Shown: positions 41,237-53,220, counted from the stretch's first letter. The stretch: 64,000 nt of DNA from an uncultured bacterium (GCA_964619725.1 CAZUFC010000001.1:32001-96000); one strand, 5' to 3'. Notes: generated by a model not told the origin, from the letters alone. Numbers and translations: made by a program.

Positions 41237-41431
41237 TTTACCGTTTCGGGATAAGGGTCCGACGCCGGTCATTGCCCAAAAGCGTCGGGATCAAAGACCG
41301 TTCTGTTTTCTTTATGCCTTAATTTCACATCAAAAAGCAAATGGGGCTGAATTCGGCATTAATCAGCGGCTTTCCGCGAAGTAATTTTCAACTCGTAACG
41401 CAGCGTGCCGGGACGGACAGGCGCTGTTTCA

Positions 41432-44218
41432 TCAGAACGCGTGACCGATGGCGAAATGGAGAGCGAAAGAATCTTCCTGGTTTCGTCTGTCAAGATTAAA
41501 GCCGATATCGCCTCGAAGCGGGCCCAGTGGTGTTTGGATGCGTATGCCGAGACCAGCCGAAGGTCTCAGATAGGGAGGTTCCGGATTATGGAAGTAATTA
41601 TTTCCGGCATCGACGAAGATACCGCCGTGCAATATACGCCAGACGGGGAAGCGCAGTTCCAGGTTTGTCAGGAGGAATGATACGCCGCCCAAGGGGTCGT
41701 TTTTTTCGCTCTTGGGTCCCAACTCTTTATATCCGAAACCTCTGTTCGTTGAAGCTCCGCCCAGGAAAAAACGTTCTCCAATAGGCAAAGCGATGTCTCC
41801 GCCGGTCACCCAGATTTTGCCTCCTCTGAAAGCTGCCGCAACGGTAAAGAAATCATTGAACGTATGAAACCAGCGATTATCCGTTTCCCACCGGTAAAAA
41901 TTCAATTGCGCCCCCAGAACATCGTGCGAAATTTTTAACCTTGAAGATAAATAAAGTCCCTTAGTCGTAACGAAGGGATCATCGCGCGTATCCCAGGCGG
42001 CATCCGGGGTAATTGAAGCAACGCTTCCCGAATCGAAATCCAGTTCGTCGGCCGTTGCGGGGTCCACGTCGAAAGCCGTTTCCCGTTCATAAAGATACGT
42101 TAGTGAAGTGTGAAGGTTCTTTTTAAACTTCCTGGATATCCCGGCTCCTGCCCCGAATACGGACAAATTGAATCCTTCGTTTGTTCTGTCGTCGGAATAG
42201 TAAAGTCTCACAAAATTATGGAGCCGCATACCAAAGAAAAAAGGTTGCGACAGCTTGCCCGATATATTGCTGCGAAGCCTTCCGGCCAATCCATGCACAG
42301 ACAGGTCAACCGCACGGCCGAACAAATTCCGATCTCCAGCCTGACCCGTCAACTCAAAACCCTGATCCGTGTTTATGTCGAAACCGCCCTGAAAATAACC
42401 CGTCTTGCTCTCCAGCACCTCAATAATCACATCTTTTTTAACAGGATTCTCTTCCGTTTGATCAACCGTTTTTATACTTACCCAATCAAATATATCGAAA
42501 TCATATAATTGCTGCTGGAGTTCCGCCACAGGTTCATAATGAAACGCTCCTCCTTCTTCGATACTTTCAGCGTCATAAATCAGGCTGGAACGCGTTTTAA
42601 AATTGTCCTGAACGATAGTCGTCCCCAGGACATAACGATTGCCTTCAGCGATATCGAATTTTATATTCGCTCTGGTCGGCTCAGGCTGCGTCAACGAAAC
42701 CTTTAATTTGACATCCGTGTAACCTCTTTCCCAGTAAGCTTTCTGCAGCTTTCCCACAGACTCTTTTATCGCGCTCTTTATATAAAGATCGCCTTCACCT
42801 AAACCGCTTATCCGAACCAGTTCTTCTCGGGAAAAAACTACCGCTCCGACATAATCTATAATTCCTAAAATCCTCTGTGGACCCTCATTTATCGTAAATA
42901 CCACTCCAGTTTTCGTTTTATCCTCGAATTCATTTTCGGCTTCCACACTCGCCGTCGGATATCCTTTACCCGCGTAGTATCCTTCAAGAGTCTGCACGGC
43001 CTCCCCCAATGCCTCTTGCGAAGGTCTCGACTTGAAAATTCCAAAAAATTTGGGCGGATGCAACGTCGCCGCATGCTTTAACTCCTCCGCCGTTAAATTG
43101 TCATTGCCTTTAAATTTCAATGATTCCACATAATATCGAAAACCTTTATCAACGACGATTTCTACTGTGATTTCTTCTTCCGTTTCCTCACGCTCCACGT
43201 GAGCTTTAACTTCTAAATATCCCTTCTCCTGTAAGACCTCGCGCGTTCGACGCAACAATCTCTCTTCTTCACGCTCATCCAGCTCGATGTTCCTGTCTCT
43301 CCAAGGCTTTATGATATTCCGTTCCGTAAAAAATCCCACATTGCGTATTTTTATTTTTATTTTTCTGCCGATATCCAGATTGACCTTCACTGCATCAGGT
43401 TCCTTCTCATCCTCACCCAATTTCGCATAACTTAATACAGCATTCTGATATCCTGACTTTCTTATACGTCGCTCATACTTCCTCAGCAAGTCTTTAAGAG
43501 TCTCCTCGTTGAATCCCCTTTGCAACGCCCTCCGCCGGAATAATTTCAACGATAGTGATAACCGCAGATGATTCCACCAGCCCGGCGCTCCTTCATATTT
43601 ATAGTTAAATTTTTCCAGGGACGGCAGAGGCTTTTCCTTGATGATAAATGTAACGGAGGACGCTCCGTCTTCTCCGGTTTTTTCTATCTCATAAGAAAGC
43701 TCCGGTTCCGGAAATCCTTCATTCACATAAAATTCTTTGATTTTTACAACGGCTTGCTCTGCCGTTTTGTCAGATACCCCCTTATATTTTTTCAGATCAA
43801 TTGCGGCTTCCAAACGTCCCTTGTCTATCGCTGCGGCGCCCCTGAATCTCAGCTCCTTGACGTAAGCTTGAGGCGTCAGTTCAAACATAAGGATATTCTT
43901 GCCGTCTTTTACGTTCCAATTCACTTCCACTTTGGAAACGCGTCCCGTTCGCAAAATATTACTTGTGGTTTTCTCTATCCCTTCTTCATCCACGGGACCA
44001 GGAAAATCGAATTCTCGCAGCGCCGTCATTTCGCCTCTTTTCAGAAAACCCCTGGGAACGACTTTTATTTTATCGACGGTTTGCGGCGTCTCAGCGGCTT
44101 GCAGGCATGCGCATGAAAAATTAAAAATAAAGGGGAAACCGGCAGAAAAACCGTTAATGAGGATCAAGATCAACAATATGGGAACAGAATTTCTTTTCAT
44201 TTTTTCAATGGAATTCAA
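41432..44218 (-). CDS. Omp85 (BamA/TamA) family protein with multiple POTRA domains
   Basis: POTRA repeats, RNLFG, ERFFLGGASTNRGF, GLGIRIQTPLGPLRGD, C-terminal IGHAF. Confidence 0.9.
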   Translation of the reverse strand: MNSIEKMKRNSVPILLILILINGFSAGFPFIFNFSCACLQAAETPQTVDKIKVVPRGFLKRGEMTALREFDFPGPVDEEGIEKTTSNILRTGRVSKVEVNWNVKDGKNILMFELTPQAYVKELRFRGAAAIDKGRLEAAIDLKKYKGVSDKTAEQAVVKIKEFYVNEGFPEPELSYEIEKTGEDGASSVTFIIKEKPLPSLEKFNYKYEGAPGWWNHLRLSLSLKLFRRRALQRGFNEETLKDLLRKYERRIRKSGYQNAVLSYAKLGEDEKEPDAVKVNLDIGRKIKIKIRNVGFFTERNIIKPWRDRNIELDEREEERLLRRTREVLQEKGYLEVKAHVEREETEEEITVEIVVDKGFRYYVESLKFKGNDNLTAEELKHAATLHPPKFFGIFKSRPSQEALGEAVQTLEGYYAGKGYPTASVEAENEFEDKTKTGVVFTINEGPQRILGIIDYVGAVVFSREELVRISGLGEGDLYIKSAIKESVGKLQKAYWERGYTDVKLKVSLTQPEPTRANIKFDIAEGNRYVLGTTIVQDNFKTRSSLIYDAESIEEGGAFHYEPVAELQQQLYDFDIFDWVSIKTVDQTEENPVKKDVIIEVLESKTGYFQGGFDINTDQGFELTGQAGDRNLFGRAVDLSVHGLAGRLRSNISGKLSQPFFFGMRLHNFVRLYYSDDRTNEGFNLSVFGAGAGISRKFKKNLHTSLTYLYERETAFDVDPATADELDFDSGSVASITPDAAWDTRDDPFVTTKGLYLSSRLKISHDVLGAQLNFYRWETDNRWFHTFNDFFTVAAAFRGGKIWVTGGDIALPIGERFFLGGASTNRGFGYKELGPKSEKNDPLGGVSFLLTNLELRFPVWRILHGGIFVDAGNNYFHNPEPPYLRPSAGLGIRIQTPLGPLRGDIGFNLDRRNQEDSFALHFAIGHAF

Positions 44219-47200
44219 CGTTAAACCTAATTCCTGCGGATATGGAACCGTCGGGATTTTGCCTGGCTTTCAACTCGGTAACAGGCGTCAGTTCTAATTC
44301 TACTTCAACTGCATCGCCTTCTCCGCTTTCAGTATTTTTGTAGTAAACGATCTTAAAATCGTCGCCGATCCTTTTTCCCGCTGAAAAGAGGAATTTTTCT
44401 CCTTCTGAAGTAGTGGGAAAGGGTATGATTTCCAGATCGGTCTGTTCGCTCAGATAGTCGGCCCAGGCAGCGGCAGCTCCGCCCACGGCGTACTCCGTCG
44501 CCATTTCTGTCAGAGTCATATCCTGATTGCCGCTCGGAGGCGGAGCGCCGACCAGTATTTTCATTATTTCTGACTGTGATTTTCCGCTTGAAGAGCTCAA
44601 CTGCAAATTAGGCTGCGAAGCCTTGCCGGTTATTTTAAGCGTAATTTCTTCACCTTCCTTAAAAGTGGCAGCGGTAATATTCAAATCCGGGTCCATTTGA
44701 TATGGTTCTGTAAATTGAATCAGTCCCTGAACGATCTCGAATTCAGCCCGAAGCAGGTCTAAAAACCCCCGTTTCAAGGTAACTCTGCCCAGGATGCCGG
44801 GGACGTCCGCACTGCCGACTAATTGCAGTTTCGCCCCCATTTCAAGCTCAATATTGGGATTCTCAATTCGAATATTCTCCGGCGCCTGAATGCCAATGTC
44901 CAGATTAACGGTCAGCTCAGGCTCCTCCCCGAATTCCCCGGTTTCCTCGGTAACGATGCTCTTGCTCGTCAAAGCTCTTAAAATGCCTAAAAAATCAATC
45001 TCAGGCGTGTACAAAGCCTCGGCTATGTTGACCTCGCCCGATAACTTCAATTCCGGAAAAGCGCCTTTCATAAAGAGATCAGTATCAAAAAGGGCCCGTA
45101 ATTCATGGGAATAAACCAGATCGATATCGCGTACCCGCAAAGAGAGGTCCAAATTTTCAGGAGTAAAATTCTTCAAGCCGGCATCGCCTTGAACTTCAAA
45201 ATATCCCTTGGCGAAATTGCCCTTGAATTCCGTTATGCTTGCCTTCTCATCTGAAAAAGTCAGTTCGGAACGTATATCCTCGACCGGAGCGGGAAGTGAA
45301 GGGCCGTCTAAAGCGGCCTGTTTAAGGGTAATTTTTCCGTCGAACCGGGGATCGTTCAATGCGCCCGAAAGATTCGCTCTGACGTCAAGCTCGCCTTCCA
45401 GCCGGTCAAGCATATCGATCATAGGCAGCAATGAGTGAAGATCACCGTCAACGCGGACTGATAAACCGGATTTACTCTGTGGTATTGCATCCGGGGCTGC
45501 AGCTCCCGATGCGAATTCGCCGTTTTCTGCAAAGAGGTCTATGTTTCCGGAAATATTAATGCCGGCGACGCCGTCAAACTGAAAAGAAATCACATTCAAA
45601 CGATTCTCGTGAAGATTCAATTTAACCGTTTCCTTTGTTTTTAATTCCATATCGTAAGCGCTCACCGTTAATTCATCAAACTCTGCAGCGGCATCCCAGA
45701 CGCCAATGTTCGCCAGAGGACCTTCCAGGCTGATTTTACCGTTAATGGCGCCGTTCAGAGACGAGAGAGAGGCTGAAGCTGCGGCGAGAGGGCCGACCTC
45801 CAGTTCGTTAAAATCTATCTCCGCATCTATTCCTGGAGCTTCATCCAAAAGAATCCTTGACGGTTTGATGTTGATCTGAGTACCGAGGAGATTTCCTTGC
45901 AGATTGATCTCAGATTCCGTCATGGAAATTTGCACAGCGCTGTCAGGAAATGATTGATCTTTAAGCTGCAATCCCGCAACGGAGAGATTTGAATTGATAG
46001 CTGATTCTTTCTGTCCCGGGGTAAAAAGCGCTTTTAATTTGTCCAATCTTATCATGTCGTAATGAAAGTCGCTGATCGTCAAGCTCCCCTCAATCACCGG
46101 GAGCGTCAACGAACCGTTTGCGGTAAGATCGGCTTCTGCCGTTCCCTGGAGCGTTTCAATTCCTGCTGTTTTTTTCCAGGACGCCAAATCCGGTTCCGAT
46201 AATGTGAATCGCAGATTCGTGAATGTTTGTTCCTCCAGGTTCAAGGCCCCCTCAACCGTCAAGCGGCTTTGCGTCTCCGTCTCCAGGCTCAATGAATCGA
46301 TCTGGAGTCGATTATCGATCATTTGCAGCTTCAGGGGTTCCGTATTATGCAAGGATACGCCTGCAGCCTGGAGTTTGAGCCGACTGAAATCGGCCTTGAT
46401 CTCCGGACTTTTACCCGACCCGGGTATTTCAGCAGATACCTCGCCGGATATGGAACCCTTCAAGTCCGAAAAACGTTCCGGCATAAACGGTCCGATGACA
46501 TCGGGCCGGAAATTGCTCATTTGCGCCCTGATCCGTACAGGACCCTCTGAAGGCATATCCGCCGTCGCTTTGATCTGTTCATCAGCGGAACTGATTTTTA
46601 CCGTGATCCCTTTTTCACTCCATCGTCCTTCCCCTTCAAAATCCGGAAAATTATTGTCGCGATACTCTAAATTTGAAATGGATGCCTTAAACGTCTTGGG
46701 ATACTTCTCAACAGGCAAGATGTCATCGACAATCGCTGCAGCTTCGCAGGCCAAATCCATACCCTGGAATTCCGTAACCGACAATACCAGCTTATGAGCC
46801 GAGAGATCGAAATCCGCTGCTGCAGTTTCTATTTCCGTCCCGCTGATTTTTAAACCCCGGATATGCAGACTTCCGCTGCCCGCCGGATTATCCAGGCTTC
46901 CCGTCCCCTCAGCCTCCAGCTTCAAAGCTCCCCCGCCGTCAACGTTGAACAACCGAAGATATTTCCCTGTCTCCGATACATCCAGATCAACGTTGAACTG
47001 ATAACTTCGCTTCAATATATCGTACCGTCCTGCTAAATCGACATCAAAACCATCGTCGCTTATGTTCAGTTTTTTTACTGCGATACTGCCGGAATCGGCA
47101 GCGAGAATAACCTCCGCCTCAGGCGAAAAAACAACCTCCGAAGGAATCGAATCCGCTTCAGGCGATAAAGTAAGAGAAACCTCAGCCTTTGTGTTTTTCA

Positions 47201-48458
47201 AATTGAGTTCCGAAGCGTTGACCTGGATGCTGCCGTTCAGTTCCCCCTTTATTTTCGTTCGCGCTTTATTCACTGCGGGAATCCGGCCCGTCTGCAAATT
47301 CTTTAACATTACTGAGGCTCTTAGATTCTCCAAAGTCGGATACACGCGCCCTTCTCCCTCCAGATGCACGCTGCCCTGAAAAACGTCGGCATCTATCACC
47401 GCAGCCTCGATTATACCTCCCTTGGATGTCGCCGTCACATTCAGCGCGTCAATCCTGTTTCCGAAAATATCGCTGTCTCGCGCCGAAAGCGTAATGTCCG
47501 CATCTGGAAAAGAACCAAGCTCTCCTGTCGCTTCCGCATTGAGATCGATGTTTCCTGTCGGCCTCTCTTCCATATTTATGAAACGGGTTATTGCTTCGAG
47601 TTTTCCCTTCACTTCCAGCGTCAATGCGTATTTTAAACCGGAAAGGATATCCTGTGCCGTCAAGGTAACCTTTGAATCCAGTTCCGGCATTTCTATTGTC
47701 ATATCGACATCAGCGCTGCCGTCACCGGGCAATTTCCATTTCATATTCAATGGATTCCGTATCTCTTCCGTTTTATTCGCAGACAATTTTAAATACCCTA
47801 TCTTAAACAACCCTTCCGAACGCAACTCCGCCAGGTCAAGTTCCGTTTTCAAAGAGATTTCATCTCCTGTGACAGAGAATCCGTCTTCTTTCTCACTTTT
47901 GAATCCCACTCTAACATTCGTTATTTCCAGCTCCTTTATCCGTACATCAGGCATTTGCAGCTCAGTCTCATCCGTTCCGGCGCTCTCCTCCTCCAGAATC
48001 TCTCCCTCCGCTCTCTCCTCCTCCTTCAACTCAACCGGCAATACGATCCTTCCTTTTTTATCTTCATAAAGATGCGCGTTCACTTCATTAACGGATATTT
48101 CATCAAACGCCGGAATGCCCCGCAACAGTTCAGTCATGGATACATTGACGAACACTTCCCCCACCTCAATATAAGATTCGCTCCCTGAACTTATCCTCAA
48201 CCCTTTTAACCGTATCTTTCCCGCCGGCAGGTTCCAGGAGAGTCCTTCAAGCTCCAGCGAACCTTCGATAAACTCCGAAGCCTTTTCCGTCAGCAGATTT
48301 GCCGTCATATTCCTGACGGGAGGGATATGTATAAGCAGCGCCGTCGAAAAAATCAAAAGTAATATCGCGATAAGCAGGTAAATCATCAGGCGTAAAAACC
48401 GCCTGAATCCTTTTGATTTACTTGCATCCGAACTTTCTTTTTTTTCAACGCGGCTCAT
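44205..48458 (-). CDS. tamB: TamB / AsmA-like translocation and assembly module protein
   Basis: N-terminal TM, long beta-taco-like repeats, DUF490-like end (DPDLNITA..ITGKASQPNLQLSS); overlaps the Omp85 gene. Confidence 0.85.
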   Translation of the reverse strand: MSRVEKKESSDASKSKGFRRFLRLMIYLLIAILLLIFSTALLIHIPPVRNMTANLLTEKASEFIEGSLELEGLSWNLPAGKIRLKGLRISSGSESYIEVGEVFVNVSMTELLRGIPAFDEISVNEVNAHLYEDKKGRIVLPVELKEEERAEGEILEEESAGTDETELQMPDVRIKELEITNVRVGFKSEKEDGFSVTGDEISLKTELDLAELRSEGLFKIGYLKLSANKTEEIRNPLNMKWKLPGDGSADVDMTIEMPELDSKVTLTAQDILSGLKYALTLEVKGKLEAITRFINMEERPTGNIDLNAEATGELGSFPDADITLSARDSDIFGNRIDALNVTATSKGGIIEAAVIDADVFQGSVHLEGEGRVYPTLENLRASVMLKNLQTGRIPAVNKARTKIKGELNGSIQVNASELNLKNTKAEVSLTLSPEADSIPSEVVFSPEAEVILAADSGSIAVKKLNISDDGFDVDLAGRYDILKRSYQFNVDLDVSETGKYLRLFNVDGGGALKLEAEGTGSLDNPAGSGSLHIRGLKISGTEIETAAADFDLSAHKLVLSVTEFQGMDLACEAAAIVDDILPVEKYPKTFKASISNLEYRDNNFPDFEGEGRWSEKGITVKISSADEQIKATADMPSEGPVRIRAQMSNFRPDVIGPFMPERFSDLKGSISGEVSAEIPGSGKSPEIKADFSRLKLQAAGVSLHNTEPLKLQMIDNRLQIDSLSLETETQSRLTVEGALNLEEQTFTNLRFTLSEPDLASWKKTAGIETLQGTAEADLTANGSLTLPVIEGSLTISDFHYDMIRLDKLKALFTPGQKESAINSNLSVAGLQLKDQSFPDSAVQISMTESEINLQGNLLGTQINIKPSRILLDEAPGIDAEIDFNELEVGPLAAASASLSSLNGAINGKISLEGPLANIGVWDAAAEFDELTVSAYDMELKTKETVKLNLHENRLNVISFQFDGVAGINISGNIDLFAENGEFASGAAAPDAIPQSKSGLSVRVDGDLHSLLPMIDMLDRLEGELDVRANLSGALNDPRFDGKITLKQAALDGPSLPAPVEDIRSELTFSDEKASITEFKGNFAKGYFEVQGDAGLKNFTPENLDLSLRVRDIDLVYSHELRALFDTDLFMKGAFPELKLSGEVNIAEALYTPEIDFLGILRALTSKSIVTEETGEFGEEPELTVNLDIGIQAPENIRIENPNIELEMGAKLQLVGSADVPGILGRVTLKRGFLDLLRAEFEIVQGLIQFTEPYQMDPDLNITAATFKEGEEITLKITGKASQPNLQLSSSSGKSQSEIMKILVGAPPPSGNQDMTLTEMATEYAVGGAAAAWADYLSEQTDLEIIPFPTTSEGEKFLFSAGKRIGDDFKIVYYKNTESGEGDAVEVELELTPVTELKARQNPDGSISAGIRFNVEFH

Positions 48459-48966
48459 TATTCCAACACTTGCTTCCTGCGAGTTACTGTTTTGCTTGAT
48501 ACCTCTTAATATTCGGCGCCCGGCTGATCCTGCCGGCTTTCGTTTTTAAAACGAAACCATTACCCCTGCCGCCGTCAGACATCATACCATCTCTCGAATT
48601 ATTTCAAAATACCGACTTCCCTTAAAGACATCGAGAGAAACTCTCATAGGTCAGGATGAGAAAATAAGTTTTCGGTCTATGTTCGGACTGCCGGACTCGC
48701 TGCAAAAGCTGCAAAACAGCTTCAAATTTGCATTTTTTCGTAGTTATCATTATAATGAATATAACTTGTGAGGAGGTTGGTCCTCGAATGATTAGCACAT
48801 TTTTTGCCGCAAAGAGAATTTTACAGCCAGGAAGTTATGAAAGCCACAAACGGAAGCGGGCCCGTGATCTAATCGTTCATCATCGGCTGTCAGCGTCAAA
48901 CGTATTGACATCCAAAGGGCTCTTACAGTCAAGAGTAAGATTTAATCAATTCAAGAAGGAGGTAAC

Positions 48967-50661
48967 ATGGAGAGTAAAATTACTGTATTCCTTGCGCTGG
49001 TCTTTTTCAGCGCAGGCATAACGTATGCGGCTATCCCTCAGCAGATTAATTATCAGGGACATCTGACGGATAGCCTGGGCGAGCCTGTTGACGGAGTTTA
49101 TACTTTTGATTTTGCTATTTACGATCAGGCATCGGGCGGAAATTTAATGTGGTCTGAAACTCAAAATAATGTATCCGTCAACGCAGGCGTTTTTCATGTC
49201 ATGTTGGGAGACGTAATGCCCATCACGGGATTCGATTTTGACGGCACTTACTGGCTTGAAGTCGAAGTGGACGGCGAAGTTTTTACGCCGCGACAGATGT
49301 TGACGAGCGTTGGTCAGGCATATCGGGCGCAGAATGCCGAGGATGTGATGGGACAGGATATCAATCCGAACAGCGTTACAATTTCCGGCTACGGCCTGGT
49401 CATTAATTCTTCAGGGGAATGGGTCGGAGAAGCCTCAGGATTAGCCGGTCCCACGGGGCCGAGCGGCCCCACCGGACCGCAAGGTCTTAACGGCTCACCG
49501 GGACCGACAGGCCCCACCGGACCGCCCGGACCGCAAGGCGTGACAGGAGCGACCGGGCCGACAGGACCTATGGGACCGGGAGGGTCTCGCGGGCCTTCCG
49601 GACCGTCAGGACCGCAGGGTTTGACCGGATCACAGGGACCGACCGGACCGGCAGGATCACGTGGGCCGTCAGGTCCTACAGGCTCCACAGGTTCCCGCGG
49701 ACCGTCAGGTCCTCAAGGCTCCACCGGCTCCCGCGGACCGTCAGGCCCCGGCATGGAATGCGGATTCAGTTTGTATTGTTCTACTTCTTACGGCCTGCAT
49801 TGTTCAAATTCAGACGGAGACGCTTATCGAGGCTACTCATCCGACAATTCCATCATCTATGCGGGATTCTATGGGGCTTCCTACAACAGCGCCAGCGGCG
49901 TTTATGTGACCGCAGCGAACGGTTACGGCGTAAGAGGCCGGTCGGCAGGCAACTACGGCTTGTACGGATTGAGTTCAGGTGATGCGGCTATTTACGGCTC
50001 ATCATCCAGCGGCGCCGGGACTTACGCCAGGTCCTATTCCTGGCGAGGCGTCATGGGTATAGGAAGTTCCGTTTGCGGCATATGGGGCAGCAACGGCAAC
50101 AGCAGTTATTACAGCTCTGAATTCTACAATCCCAGCTCCTCAAACGGCGCCATTTACGCCAACGGATACGGCTCAGCGGACAACTGGTACACACATAAAA
50201 AATTGGGTAAGGAAATCCTGACGTTGGGTAACGTGACCACGCTCAACAATCGCGACCTGATCGATTGGGGAACCGTTGAATTGACCAAAGGCCAGGCGAT
50301 CGTTCAATTAAAACCGGAAATTACTCAAATGCTGAACGGAAAAACCAGTTACATCGTCATCGCTACTCCCGGTAAGGACTGCAACGGAGTCGCCGTGGCC
50401 GATAAAACCGACGATTCCTTTGAAATTGTTGAAATAGGAGACGGAGAAGGTTCCGGAGTATGCGATTACCTCATCATCATGAATGACGAATCGGTCGTAC
50501 GAAATGAAACCCAAACCACAGGAAGCTCTGTAGTCTCCAGACCCGGAATTTCAGAAGAAGAATATCTCAGAGAATTGCAAATCAAAGAACAAGAGGAAAG
50601 AGAAGCCGAAGAACTCAAAAGAATGCAGATTTCCCGGGAATTGAATCAGGACAGCTTTTAA
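48967..50661 (+). CDS. Secreted collagen-like protein
   Basis: Signal peptide, [14 protein letters not shown] domain, ~100 aa of Gly-X-Y at ~49440-49752, then GxYG beta-repeats. Confidence 0.85.
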   Translation: MESKITVFLALVFFSAGITYAAIPQQINYQGHLTDSLGEPVDGVYTFDFAIYDQASGGNLMWSETQNNVSVNAGVFHVMLGDVMPITGFDFDGTYWLEVEVDGEVFTPRQMLTSVGQAYRAQNAEDVMGQDINPNSVTISGYGLVINSSGEWVGEASGLAGPTGPSGPTGPQGLNGSPGPTGPTGPPGPQGVTGATGPTGPMGPGGSRGPSGPSGPQGLTGSQGPTGPAGSRGPSGPTGSTGSRGPSGPQGSTGSRGPSGPGMECGFSLYCSTSYGLHCSNSDGDAYRGYSSDNSIIYAGFYGASYNSASGVYVTAANGYGVRGRSAGNYGLYGLSSGDAAIYGSSSSGAGTYARSYSWRGVMGIGSSVCGIWGSNGNSSYYSSEFYNPSSSNGAIYANGYGSADNWYTHKKLGKEILTLGNVTTLNNRDLIDWGTVELTKGQAIVQLKPEITQMLNGKTSYIVIATPGKDCNGVAVADKTDDSFEIVEIGDGEGSGVCDYLIIMNDESVVRNETQTTGSSVVSRPGISEEEYLRELQIKEQEEREAEELKRMQISRELNQDSF

Positions 50662-50766
50662 CAGATTGTTTCTGTTCAATTGTTAATAATGTTACCCGGA
50701 CGCGATCTGGAAAGTTCGCGTCCGGGTAAAGTTTTGTGTGTTCAATATCTCAACGCATTGTAAACA

Positions 50767-53220
50767 ATGACCGGCTGGAGAGCAGCCAGGAAACGTCGGC
50801 CTATGCAATATGAAAAGGCAAAAGATAAAATCCCGGCCGGGCAATATGCCGTCGGACTTTTTTTCCTTCTGATCGTCATCATTATAATCTGTTTCTACCA
50901 GGTCAACGACATGGATTACTGGCTCCATCTCGCCAACGGCCGTTACATCCTTGAACATCACGATATCCCCCTCAAAGATATATTCTCCTATACCGCTTAC
51001 GGACACGAATGGGTCAATCATGCCTGGCTGAGCGGCGTCGTTTTTTATCTCGTATATGAGCTCGGAGGACCCTGCCTTCAAGTCGTTTTTCGCATCATTC
51101 TGATGATGCTTACTTTCTATTTCCTGTTCACGGCTTTGTCTCGGCTGAAAGTTCATCCTGTCATATCCTTCACATTTCTGGGGATTGGACTCTCAGTCAT
51201 GCGTTTTCATATCCTGGACCGTCCCCAACTGTTTTCATATTTATTTTCAGCCCTGTTTCTTTTCATAATAACGAACCACATTCTTTTCCGGTCTAAATTG
51301 ATACTGCTGATTCCCCTCCAGGCGCTGTGGGCGAACATGCATTCCGCCTGTCTTCTGGGCCTGATTATTTTTGCATTTTTCTTCGCCGGGCAGGTCATTC
51401 AAAACTTTATCCGTAAACAAATCAAATACCCCTCGTCTTATTATGAAAAAATAACGCTGCTTTTCTTCGCCCTGTTCCTGGCAACCCTGGTCAATCCCAA
51501 CACGTACAAATTATTCCTGTATCCTTTCAACATGTTTGAAATTCAAACCGTGTCCAACATATCTGAATGGAAAAACACTTTTAATGAAAGCGGTTTCGGC
51601 TTATTCTGGGGATTTGCCGTCGTTTATCTGTTCATGCTGGCCGCATCGCTCTTCCGCATTCACCCCTTTTATACTCTTATCAGCCTTTTTTCATTCTTTT
51701 CAGCCGTCAAATATGTCCGCAATGTTGAACTTTTCGGGCTGTTCGGTTCTTTTTTCACGGCCTGTTCAGTTCAAATGCTGCTCGACGTTTATTCAACAAA
51801 ACTGTCCTCCTTCCTTCGAAAGGCGAACAAGTATGCGCTTTCGGCCATATGCATAATAATTCTTTTTCTCCTTATCGATCTTAACTTTTTCAGTCCTTTC
51901 AGGCAGCACGCCATTCTTTTCAAACCGGGATGCGGGACTAATCATCAACTCTTTCCGGAAGAAATCATGCGATTCATGAAAAAAAATGAAATTGAAGGGA
52001 GAATATACAGCGACAGTAATCTCAGTTCTTACCTGACTTTTCACTGGTTTCCCGGCAAGCGGATATTCACCGACGGCAGGGCTGAAGTTTTTTATGAATT
52101 GCACAAGCGTATACAGAATCGTCCCTTTGGGGATGCCATGGACCGGTACGAAGTGGATTGCGTTATGCTTGATTTTCGTACGAGAATACAGCCTGTCGTG
52201 ATGGAATTGAATTACCGTCAGGACGAATGGGCGCTGGTTTTGTATAACGACCGGACAGCTCTCTATCTGCGTCGGATTCCACGCTATGCGGACATTATCG
52301 TCCGTTATGAATATAAAATTCTTTATCCGACCATAAACATCCGTCAGATAGAACCGGAACGCCGTACCCAGGCTATCGATGAACTGGAAAATCCGCTCCA
52401 CAATACGGAAAAGTCCTATTACAAACTTTTTCAACTGGGCTGTCTCTATTTACTGGAAAACTCATTAGACAAAGCTGAAAGATCATTATTGCAATCCATA
52501 GCGATTTATGATGAAGACTCTCTTGCTTTTTCAACTCTCGCTAACGTTTACTTTCATAAAGGAGAGACGACCAGGGCTCTGCGGTATGCGAAACGTTCCT
52601 TTAAAGCGCTGGCTCAAAACGAAGACAGCTACCTTCAACTGGCATTCATTAACCGCCGGTTAAACAATTATGATCGGGCGATAGAGATGTTCCGGGAGTT
52701 CCTGGAATTTCAGCCGGACAACATTAATGTCATGGATATGCTGATAGGGACGTTATATGAAGCCGGGCGGGAAGAAGAGGCAAAAATGGAAATCAGTCAG
52801 AAGGAAGTGACGGTCCTGATGCAATCAGAGGAGCATCTGAAAATAGCGAGAGAATTCAGGAATACTGATATTGTGAGGTCCATAGGGGCTTATGAGATGG
52901 TTCATCGGCTTTCTCCGGACAATGACGCCGCGACCTTGGAATATGCTGATGCGCTTCTGGACCTGGGCCTGGACGACCGGGCGTCTCAATTGCTGACGGA
53001 AGTAAAGGAACAAGGAGCTGTGGAAGAGCATCCATTTTATTATTTCGTGGAAGGACGCCTTCATTTTCAGGCTGATGAGCCGTCAAAAGCGGCGGCTTCA
53101 TTGAAGCAATATATGAACTTGACGGAAACTCAACCGAACGACCCATATCGAAAAACAGCCGGAATGATGCTGGACAGGTTATTGTCTGAAGAACAAAGAA
53201 GGCAGCTCAATACCCCGTAA
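50767..53220 (+). CDS. Polytopic membrane protein (GT-C-like) with C-terminal TPR repeats
   Basis: DYWLHLANG, WVNHAWLS, RPQLFS, WANMH; many TM helices; TPR-like helices. Confidence 0.7.
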   Translation: MTGWRAARKRRPMQYEKAKDKIPAGQYAVGLFFLLIVIIIICFYQVNDMDYWLHLANGRYILEHHDIPLKDIFSYTAYGHEWVNHAWLSGVVFYLVYELGGPCLQVVFRIILMMLTFYFLFTALSRLKVHPVISFTFLGIGLSVMRFHILDRPQLFSYLFSALFLFIITNHILFRSKLILLIPLQALWANMHSACLLGLIIFAFFFAGQVIQNFIRKQIKYPSSYYEKITLLFFALFLATLVNPNTYKLFLYPFNMFEIQTVSNISEWKNTFNESGFGLFWGFAVVYLFMLAASLFRIHPFYTLISLFSFFSAVKYVRNVELFGLFGSFFTACSVQMLLDVYSTKLSSFLRKANKYALSAICIIILFLLIDLNFFSPFRQHAILFKPGCGTNHQLFPEEIMRFMKKNEIEGRIYSDSNLSSYLTFHWFPGKRIFTDGRAEVFYELHKRIQNRPFGDAMDRYEVDCVMLDFRTRIQPVVMELNYRQDEWALVLYNDRTALYLRRIPRYADIIVRYEYKILYPTINIRQIEPERRTQAIDELENPLHNTEKSYYKLFQLGCLYLLENSLDKAERSLLQSIAIYDEDSLAFSTLANVYFHKGETTRALRYAKRSFKALAQNEDSYLQLAFINRRLNNYDRAIEMFREFLEFQPDNINVMDMLIGTLYEAGREEEAKMEISQKEVTVLMQSEEHLKIAREFRNTDIVRSIGAYEMVHRLSPDNDAATLEYADALLDLGLDDRASQLLTEVKEQGAVEEHPFYYFVEGRLHFQADEPSKAAASLKQYMNLTETQPNDPYRKTAGMMLDRLLSEEQRRQLNTP

